Shown here one piece after another: positions 54,895-61,892 of a DNA stretch of 64,000 bases. A program made the translations under genes and the position numbers. Every line of letters starts with the position of its first letter. Positions within the stretch are counted from its first letter, which is position 1. The DNA lies in the IMG/VR virus record IMGVR_UViG_3300035208_000814, one strand, 5' to 3'. Below the pieces are notes generated by a model. It was not told where the DNA came from and did not search any database. It saw only the letters and a list, made by a program, of their open reading frames with translations. The DNA comes from an uncultured virus (IMG/VR IMGVR_UViG_3300035208_000814). Taxonomy: Duplodnaviria; Heunggongvirae; Uroviricota; Caudoviricetes.

Positions 54895-56175
54895 ATGACG
54901 TACAATGCTTACATTACAAAGATAACTAATATCCATAAGCATCCTAATGCCGATAGGTTAGCACTAGGTAGTTGCTTTGGTAATCAGGTTGTAATTGGAC
55001 TGGACATTAAAGAGAATGACATTGGTATATATTTCCCCACGGACGGCCAGTTATCAATGGAGTTTATGAGTAATAATAATCTCGTTGGGAAAGTAGATGA
55101 GACAACGGGTGAGAGAACTGGTGGATTCTTTGATGAGAAAGGTAGAGTACGTACACAAAAATTCCGTAAGGAAAAAAGTGATGGATTCTGGATACCAATT
55201 AAAGCAATAGAATACACAGGGTATGAGTTAGGTGCTAATGACATTGGCAAACCCTTTACAGAATTAAATCACCATCACATCTGTAATAAATACGTAACAG
55301 AAAAGACACGTAACTCTAATGCTTTCCGAGATAAGAAAGAGCGTATCAAGAGTGCGTATCCAAATTTCCATAAGCACATCGACACTGAACAACTAATGTA
55401 TAATCTAGACAGAATTAACGAGGGCGATTATATTGTCATTACAGAAAAACTACACGGAACCAGTGGAAGATCAGCACACACTGATAAAGTTACTAAAGTA
55501 TCAGGCATCAAGGCTTTCATCAATAGGATACTTAAGAGAGCCTACTACAAACCTGAATCATCGTATGACTATGTATGCGGTAGCAGGAATGTCACCCTCA
55601 CCGAAATCTCAATCGACTATGCAGGAGATGAAGGGAGAGCGTATAGACAAAGTATTCATAGAAAGTTCCTAGATAAACTGCACAAGGGCGAGACTATCTA
55701 CTACGAGATTGTGGGGTGGACAAATCAAACATCACCCATAATGAATGAGTGTTCAAACAAGAAACTAAATGATAAGGAGTTTGTAAAGCAATATGGCGAT
55801 ACAACTATCTTCCATTATGGATGTGCCCCCGGTGAACAGTGTGTATATGTCTATAGGATAACACTAACTAACCCGGATGGTATCGAAATAGATTACTCAT
55901 GGGAGCATGTTAAAAGGAGATGTCAGCAACTAGATGTTAACCATGTCCCTGAATTATCATGTGGTATCATAGACAACAAACAGTCATTTGTAGACTCACT
56001 TGACGCAGCCGTAGACAGATGCTCATCACTATCCCCGGCACACATTATGGAAGGGATTGTAGTTAGAGTAGATGGTTCACAGTGGCTAGCCCTAAAGTAC
56101 AAATCCACAAATTTCAAGATTTTAGAGGGTATAATCAAGAGTGAAGATGTAATTGACATAGAGGAGAGTTCTTAA
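54895..56175 (+). CDS. ATP-dependent RNA ligase (DRB0094/Rnl2-like with N-terminal OB-type domain)
   Basis: HPNADRL N terminus; ITEKLHGTS adenylation motif; YYEIVG, EGIVVR, LKYK. Confidence 0.9.
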   Translation: MTYNAYITKITNIHKHPNADRLALGSCFGNQVVIGLDIKENDIGIYFPTDGQLSMEFMSNNNLVGKVDETTGERTGGFFDEKGRVRTQKFRKEKSDGFWIPIKAIEYTGYELGANDIGKPFTELNHHHICNKYVTEKTRNSNAFRDKKERIKSAYPNFHKHIDTEQLMYNLDRINEGDYIVITEKLHGTSGRSAHTDKVTKVSGIKAFINRILKRAYYKPESSYDYVCGSRNVTLTEISIDYAGDEGRAYRQSIHRKFLDKLHKGETIYYEIVGWTNQTSPIMNECSNKKLNDKEFVKQYGDTTIFHYGCAPGEQCVYVYRITLTNPDGIEIDYSWEHVKRRCQQLDVNHVPELSCGIIDNKQSFVDSLDAAVDRCSSLSPAHIMEGIVVRVDGSQWLALKYKSTNFKILEGIIKSEDVIDIEESS

Positions 56176-56520
56176 TGACATTACAGCGTAAACTTGAACG
56201 GCTAATATCCGAATTACAAGACATTAGAGATGAGTGTAGATACACTAATGAACAAGCACAGTTGGATGTATGTATTAATAGACTACAGGACATCTATATA
56301 ACATCAGATGGTGAATCATAATGTCAAACCAAGTGTTTTGCTCATGGGTTAATGCGCGTGTAGACAAAGATGATCTACATCCAATATGTTTTGACCACAT
56401 AGTATCCACTAACATCCTAAATGGAGAGGTAGATATGTCATGTTATCACTGTGAGTTATCACCTATGATCGCCAATGGTATGCCAATCAAAGACATGTTA
56501 CGGAATCTGAGAGGAGAGTA

Positions 56521-57198
56521 ATGACATTACCACCTAAATACCTATCAATACTACCCAAAAAATACACTGTATTGTCCCATAGTGAGGTGGGTAGTAGAAT
56601 GTGGGGGATGCATGATGAACATTCCGATTACGATGTTATTACTGTATACGCAGAGGATACCAAACGGATATTAAGCGGTTATAGCATAACCACTAATCTA
56701 CCCCAGTATCAGGCTGTTAAGGGCAAATACGACATTGACGAGCAATACTTTGAAATCAGCCACTTAATCAACCTAATCTGTAAAGGAAACTGCAATGCTA
56801 TTTGGGCAGTCACCACCCCAATTGTATATGACAACCTACCTATATTTGGGGAGATTCGTAATGCAATATGGGGTAAGTGTACAGTGTCAATGTATCCATC
56901 TATATTTGGTATGGCGGTATCTCAGTGGGCAGATGCAGAGAAGCGTAAGGATGTTAAATCCCCATTGAAGTCTAAATCTACGGCAATGCGTACACTACAA
57001 TATGGTAGAAATCTACTTGAAAAGAAACGTAATGTGTTTGATCCAGTAGTAATACGAGATTACACATTGGACGAATTTGATGCTACATTTATGGCATTAA
57101 ATAATGACGTATCATTATCTGATATACCAGACAAACTTGATGAAGAACCATTTAGGGATATCCTAATGGATTATAGAGTGGATCAACTAGACAGTTAA
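56521..57198 (+). CDS. Pol-beta superfamily nucleotidyltransferase (YcgL/NrdC.11-like)
   Basis: VGSRMWG...SDYD, and KGNCN. Confidence 0.85.
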   Translation: MTLPPKYLSILPKKYTVLSHSEVGSRMWGMHDEHSDYDVITVYAEDTKRILSGYSITTNLPQYQAVKGKYDIDEQYFEISHLINLICKGNCNAIWAVTTPIVYDNLPIFGEIRNAIWGKCTVSMYPSIFGMAVSQWADAEKRKDVKSPLKSKSTAMRTLQYGRNLLEKKRNVFDPVVIRDYTLDEFDATFMALNNDVSLSDIPDKLDEEPFRDILMDYRVDQLDS

Positions 57199-57656
57199 TG
57201 TGATACTATGGAAGAGAAGATAACTTGGGTAGAAGCATTTGCTAGTATAGATTGGGATGCACCACACTGGAAAGCACGCAGAGAATACTTTGAACACCTT
57301 AAAATTAAGAGACAGGAAAGATATAATGGGGAAAACAAAGATAACTGATTACTTATGTGTGTATTGCCGTATAATGTATTTTAAAGAGAGGCCAACTATA
57401 TGCCCTGAATGTGGAAAATCAGTATTTAAAGCAATTAAGAGGAAATCATGAGGGATAAAGACACGGGATGGAAGGCCATAACTAAAGATAAGTTACTATC
57501 TATACTTAACACATTACCTGATGATACCTTATTCTCTGTAGGGGAGATAACACGTAATATTGTCGTGTGGAAAGGAGTATGGCCGGATGAAGAATACATT
57601 GGACAGATTAATTTAATGACAGATGAGTTTGATGATCATACAGGAGTTGTTAACTA

Positions 57657-58094
57657 ATGGGATTATTTGACTGGTTAACAAACTCACCTAATTTCCAACC
57701 CGATAAAGAAATCAGGTATTATACAGATTATCGTAGTAATACTTACGAGGTAGATGATTACAAATATGGGGATACTAAACTATCAAAACGTAAAGTTGGT
57801 GATGTATACCAGATAGAGGTTAGGGAGTATGAGTCAGGCAAATTACACGTAGAAATTAAGAAGTCGATTGGATATGGGGGATATTGCAAAGATGCTGAAA
57901 AATGGTTTGACTCATTCAACTGTGATGATATTAAAGCCTTCTATGATGCCGTAGTTAATACCAGAATGAACAACAACATATCATGGCACGCATCATATGA
58001 ATTAGGTAGATTAAATGGACAACGTATACGTGACCAGAAAGAGTTAGAAGCCAAACCATATAGAGATAGACTTAAGAGGTGTTTAAATGATTAA
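57657..58094 (+). CDS. hypothetical protein, paralogue of 63397-63831
   Basis: FDSFNCDDIKAFYD versus FAGFNSDDVKKFYD. Confidence 0.65.
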   Translation: MGLFDWLTNSPNFQPDKEIRYYTDYRSNTYEVDDYKYGDTKLSKRKVGDVYQIEVREYESGKLHVEIKKSIGYGGYCKDAEKWFDSFNCDDIKAFYDAVVNTRMNNNISWHASYELGRLNGQRIRDQKELEAKPYRDRLKRCLND

Positions 58095-58380
58095 ACTATA
58101 CTTACTAATAGGTGCATTGCTGTTAATTGGCTGTATAGGGTATTGCCATGCCGATTCATCAAACACAATCAATGCGGCTACTCTATATAACAAAGTAGAT
58201 CCAGGATTCTTACAATATGACTATGAAGCAACAGTTATGTTACAATCATTATATTGGCAAAACAAAGAGATTATTGAACTAATGAAAGAACAGAATGAAT
58301 TACTACGAGAACAGAATGCAATGATGCGTAATGTAACATCACAATCACCGTTAGGATCATGGAGAGTGCATGTTGATTAA
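58087..58380 (+). CDS. secreted/membrane-anchored coiled-coil protein
   Basis: Signal-like N terminus; QNKEIIELMKEQNELLREQN. Confidence 0.6.
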   Translation: MIKLYLLIGALLLIGCIGYCHADSSNTINAATLYNKVDPGFLQYDYEATVMLQSLYWQNKEIIELMKEQNELLREQNAMMRNVTSQSPLGSWRVHVD

Positions 58381-58604
58381 TAAACCCTGTACACCCGGAT
58401 TAAAGTATCCAATACCAACCCCGCGTTGCTATGCTAATTATGAAAAGTGTGAAGAGTGTGAAAGTTGCATTTTATATGTGAAGTGTCTGACATTGTCGGT
58501 TGAATTAGCCTTGAATTGTCCTGATACCCTTCAAAAACGCCGCGATTCACTCCAAGAAGAATACCGGGAGGAACTATCCCTCTGTCATGAGCACGAATCA
58601 AATC

Positions 58605-58621
58605 AAAAGGGTTAAATACTT
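58605..58621 (+). promoter_or_regulatory. BRE/TATA promoter for the tRNA array
   Basis: AAAAGGGTTAAATACTT, similar to the early promoters; upstream of leader hairpins and the first tRNA. Confidence 0.7.
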
Positions 58622-58733
58622 TCAAGTCAATCTCTATGGGTAACGTCTGATTTCGGTCAGATGAGTTCAGGCGTTCAATCCAACAGTAAAAGTAACTAAT
58701 AACTACTTTTACTTTCGACAACATAATATACTT

Positions 58734-58806
58734 GGGATTATAGGGTAGTCAGGCATCCTTCCAGACTTGGACTCTGGAGACTGCGGTTCAATTCCGCGTA
58801 ATCCCA
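58734..58806 (+). tRNA. tRNA-Pro(UGG)
   Basis: Acceptor GGGATTA/TAATCCC; anticodon arm CCAGA-CTTGGAC-TCTGG; T loop TTCAATT. Confidence 0.9.
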
Positions 58807-58807
58807 T

Positions 58808-58940
58808 AGGGGAATGACGCATTAATGGTTAATGCACACATCATCCGATAAGTATATCCTCCGTAGATATATAAGTTGCTTGTTTGTGGTCTGTCTATAG
58901 ACGTATAGATGGTATTGGTTACAGTCCAATCATTCCCCTA
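58808..58940 (+). ncRNA. tRNA-like RNA A: extended acceptor, long D stem, long variable arm, enlarged anticodon arm
   Basis: AGGGGAATG/CATTCCCCT; GCATTA/TAATGC; T arm ATTGG-TTACAGT-CCAAT. Confidence 0.7.
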
Positions 58941-58952
58941 GTAGAAACGTAT

Positions 58953-59075
58953 GCGGGGATGGCTCAGTTTGGGAACAGCACATATCATGTCTTACTATCA
59001 ATTACTAGTATTGGCAATAGAGTGAGATGGTCAGAGTGTACATAATATGCGTGGGTTCAAATCCCACTCCCTGCG
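58953..59075 (+). ncRNA. tRNA-like RNA B with about 50-nt expansion of the anticodon arm (possible non-canonical intron)
   Basis: GCGGGGA/TCCCTGC-G; D arm GCT..GG..AGC; T arm GTGGG-TTCAAAT-CCCAC. Confidence 0.75.
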
Positions 59076-59080
59076 TTAAT

Positions 59081-59150
59081 GATTGTATCGCCAATGGTAG
59101 GCAAGCAGTCTCCAAAACTGCCGATGTGAGTTCAAGTCTTACTACAGTCA
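59081..59150 (+). tRNA. tRNA-Trp(CCA)
   Basis: GATTGTA/TACAGTC; GCAGT-CTCCAAA-ACTGC. Confidence 0.88.
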
Positions 59151-59154
59151 TTTT

Positions 59155-59227
59155 GCTAATGTAGCACAATTGGTAGTGTCCCATCCTGTTAAGATGGTGG
59201 TTGCAAGTTCGAGTCTTGTCATTAGCG
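59155..59227 (+). tRNA. tRNA-Asn(GUU)
   Basis: GCTAATG/CATTAGC-G; CCATC-CTGTTAA-GATGG. Confidence 0.9.
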
Positions 59228-59231
59228 TTGA

Positions 59232-59302
59232 ACATCATTAGTGTAGAGGTAGCACGATTCGTTTACACCGAATCAGAATAGGTTCGATTCCTGTATGATG
59301 TA
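59232..59302 (+). tRNA. tRNA-Val(UAC)
   Basis: ACATCAT/ATGATGT-A; ATTCG-TTTACAC-CGAAT. Confidence 0.88.
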
Positions 59303-59374
59303 TGTCGTGTAGTATATTGGCTAGTATTGTGGCCTCATAAGCCACGGAAGGAAGTTCGATTCTTCCCATGACAA
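59303..59374 (+). tRNA. tRNA with CAU anticodon (elongator Met or Ile2)
   Basis: TGTCGTG/CATGACA-A; GTGGC-CTCATAA-GCCAC; lacks the initiator GGG/CCC pairs. Confidence 0.85.
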
Positions 59375-59376
59375 TA

Positions 59377-59410
59377 TAATAGTTACAGAGATCATAACTC
59401 TGACTATTAG
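59377..59410 (+). ncRNA. armless mini-tRNA-like hairpin (7-bp stem, TA, anticodon-like arm with CAT)
   Basis: TAATAGT-TA-CAGAG-ATCATAA-CTCTG-ACTATTA-G. Confidence 0.5.
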
Positions 59411-59494
59411 AATGTATCTTAACTACATGTCACTGTTCCTCCGTAGAATATACTGAATGGTTAAGTGGTGTTACATACCAATATCAATGTAGTA

Positions 59495-59554
59495 AGGTTG
59501 ATCATTCAATTGGATAGGATTACGTAAATCAGGGTTCAAGTCCCTGTCAACCTT
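59495..59554 (+). ncRNA. tRNA-like RNA lacking the anticodon arm
   Basis: AGGTTGA/TCAACCT; D arm ATTC-AATTGGATA-GGAT; 9-nt linker TACGTAAAT; T arm CAGGG-TTCAAGT-CCCTG. Confidence 0.75.
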
Positions 59555-59555
59555 T

Positions 59556-59627
59556 GTGATTGTAAGGTAACAGTAAGCCTATCAGGTTGTGACACTGAAA
59601 GATGGAGTGCAACTCTCCACTATCACA
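59556..59627 (+). tRNA. tRNA-His(GUG), somewhat degenerate
   Basis: GTGATTG/CTATCAC with one mismatch; TCAG(G)-TTGTGAC-(A)CTGA; T loop TGCAACT. Confidence 0.7.
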
Positions 59628-59859
59628 TGCACTCGTTTCCCGATATATGTTCTGGTGCAGATTAGAAAATATATTACTCAGTATCATACGCATTTGAGTA
59701 TAAATATTGAAGTATGACGTAGCATGAGTAAACGTGATGATGACGCATGGTAACGAAATAAGAAGTCACCTTACTATATGGGCATACGCTGTATAGTTCG
59801 TAGTTCGGTATGTGAATCTCCCGCCAGAGAGAGCAGAACCAATATGTCTGGCAAAGTAA

Positions 59860-59932
59860 CCGTATGTAGTAGAGGGGTTAATACGATGGGCTGTAAACCT
59901 ATTGACCGCAAGTTCAAATCTTGCCATACGGA
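59860..59932 (+). tRNA. tRNA-Tyr(GUA), archaeal type
   Basis: CCGTATG/CATACGG-A (C1:G72); ATGGG-CTGTAAA-CCTAT; short variable loop. Confidence 0.9.
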
Positions 59933-60017
59933 TTGTCCATATGACATTACCCTGCATGGTGATTAATCTGGATGGGTGGGGAATAAGGTGTCAAGGAATA
60001 CCCATCATTATATTAGA

Positions 60018-60101
60018 GTGGTTATGCTAGAGTGGTCTATTAGGTACGGTTTAGACCCGTATGGTTTAGTACCTTCGTAAGTTCAAATCTTACTAACCAC
60101 A
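60018..60101 (+). tRNA. tRNA-Leu(UAG)
   Basis: GTGGTTA/TAACCAC-A; TACGG-TTTAGAC-CCGTA; long variable arm. Confidence 0.9.
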
Positions 60102-60189
60102 TTGGTAGTAGATGGGCATAAGGTATGAGGTAGAGCCTTAAATGTACAATCTTCCTCAATCTATTACCATTACTTGTATAGAAAATAAA

Positions 60190-60270
60190 GGGTGTATGCC
60201 AGAGCGGTTATTGGGCCAGACTTAAGATCTGGTGGTTAGTCCTTCACAAGTTCGATCCTTGTTACACCCA
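60190..60270 (+). tRNA. tRNA-Leu(UAA)
   Basis: GGGTGTA/TACACCC-A; CCAGA-CTTAAGA-TCTGG; variable arm. Confidence 0.92.
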
Positions 60271-60690
60271 TCAACCTTTAACTAGGTGATTAACTATGTC
60301 AATTAAACTTCCACTAACATCTAAATGTAGAATATCATATGATTTAAAATATGTTTTTAAATCAAGATATGATTATAAGTGTATATTAAAGGGATGGAGA
60401 ATAGGATACTTTAAAATAGTTAAGTGATTACTGTGAATACAGAAGAAAACTTACTACTACTAATATTGATGTTCTGTGTAATACCAATGATAATAGCAAT
60501 TATAACAACATATTATTATGTTAAATGGTTAAACAAGCATCACTTGTGATTAATTATGAGTAGAACTATAAGACATGGGGAGAGGACTTGTGGGCGATGG
60601 TGTCCGTGGTGTTATCCCAAAGAGTCTTATAATGGTTCTATTCGTATGAGACGTAGATTACAAATACATAGAGAATTAACAGAATATTTC

Positions 60691-60766
60691 ACTCCCGTAG
60701 TGTAACGCTGGTAAATCATCAAAGTCTTTGAAACTTTGGACGTAGGTTCAACTCCTGCCGGGAGAA
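60691..60766 (+). tRNA. tRNA-Gln(UUG)
   Basis: (A)CTCCCG/CGGGAG(A); AAAGT-CTTTGAA-ACTTT. Confidence 0.85.
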
Positions 60767-60779
60767 TTTAATAAATTAC

Positions 60780-60850
60780 TCACCTATAGAACAATGGCAG
60801 TTCACACTTCTTATAAGGGTGCTACGTGGGTTCAATTCCCTCTAGGTGAA
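60780..60850 (+). tRNA. tRNA-Ile(UAU)
   Basis: TCACCTA/TAGGTGA-A; CACTT-CTTATAA-GGGTG; T loop TTCAATT. Confidence 0.82.
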
Positions 60851-60877
60851 TGTAACCTCTAGATAGTAGGGGTTAAT

Positions 60878-60948
60878 GCACATATGGCAGATTGGATATG
60901 CGTTGGATTGCAGATCCGATAATGTAGGTTCAATTCCTACTATGTGCT
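60878..60948 (+). tRNA. tRNA-Cys(GCA)
   Basis: GCACATA/TATGTGC with U73; TTGGA-TTGCAGA-TCCGA. Confidence 0.9.
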
Positions 60949-60951
60949 TAT

Positions 60952-61025
60952 GGGGATATAATGTAGTCTGGATTGCATACCGGACTTTTAATCCGGTTGT
61001 ATGGGTTCAAGTCCCATTATCCCCG
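60952..61025 (+). tRNA. tRNA-Lys(UUU)
   Basis: GGGGATA/TATCCCC-G; CCGGA-CTTTTAA-TCCGG. Confidence 0.92.
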
Positions 61026-61101
61026 TTTATAATTTTAGTATCGTTATATGACCAGTGGGAACTATCCAAATTATTTCGTAAAGTAAAACGGAGAGGTTTA
61101 A

Positions 61102-61811
61102 ATGTCAAATGAAGAGAAATATGTAGTAGTGCCAATTGAATATGATGGAGAATTAGGACAGATTGACTTTGAATCATATAGTCACTCTACCATTGAAGCC
61201 ACACGGGAAGATATGGAAGAGAATATTGATCCTGATGACTATGAAAGAGTTGCAATCTGTAAAGTTATTGAAGTATTTAAGGCCGGAAAGTGGACATTAG
61301 AGGAAAAGTATTGTCCAGTGACGAAGAAGTAAATGGTATCTTCCATGATTAACGGTAGACTATATCGAGTATATACTGAACTTGGATGTACGATGATTGA
61401 AAACCCAATGTATATCATTGCTAACACTCTCGTTGAAGCAGATGAAAAAATGAAGACACAATGGAGGAACTTGGGGCAAACACCACCATCTACACATTCT
61501 ATTGATCTAGTTGCAAATATGGTGTATGATTAATGTATCAGCGTAATTATACATTCTCGCGGGATGCTAATAAAAAACAAGGTGTTATTAATGAGATTGG
61601 TGAAAACACACTAACCATTAGTAATTTTCAACACTACACGTATATGTTAAGCCCGAAATTACTATCAATGCTTGTACCGGGAGATGAGGTATTATACAAA
61701 ACTAATGCCCGAAACAATGAATTACTATTTGTCAAGGTGATTAAATGGAACAGAAAGTTGAGGAAACAACTGAAAGAATGTACTGTCCAACCTGTAAACT
61801 ACCCCGATTAA
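61102..61811 (+). other. three small hypothetical ORFs (61102-61332, 61333-61533, 61533-61811)
   Basis: Abutting co-oriented ORFs; the first has a GAGGT RBS. Confidence 0.6.
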
Positions 61812-61892
61812 CCTATAGAACAATTGGATGGTGGTATACATGGGTACGATGTTTCAAGTGTGATAATGCAGTAACTTGTCAGGAGATAACAT

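Noticed and set aside
58808..58940. Calling RNA A a tRNA-Sec or tmRNA
   Set aside because: No UCA anticodon loop; no tag reading frame or pseudoknots; too short for tmRNA.
58998..59014. CTA-centred loop in RNA B as an amber suppressor or tRNA-Pyl
   Set aside because: It lacks U33, sits on an over-long arm, the body is not Pyl-like, and no genes appear interrupted by in-frame TAG.
59005..59238. ORF-track proteins at 59005-59238, 59766-59957, 59778-59966 and 60876-61112
   Set aside because: They overlap well-formed tRNA genes; spurious translations.
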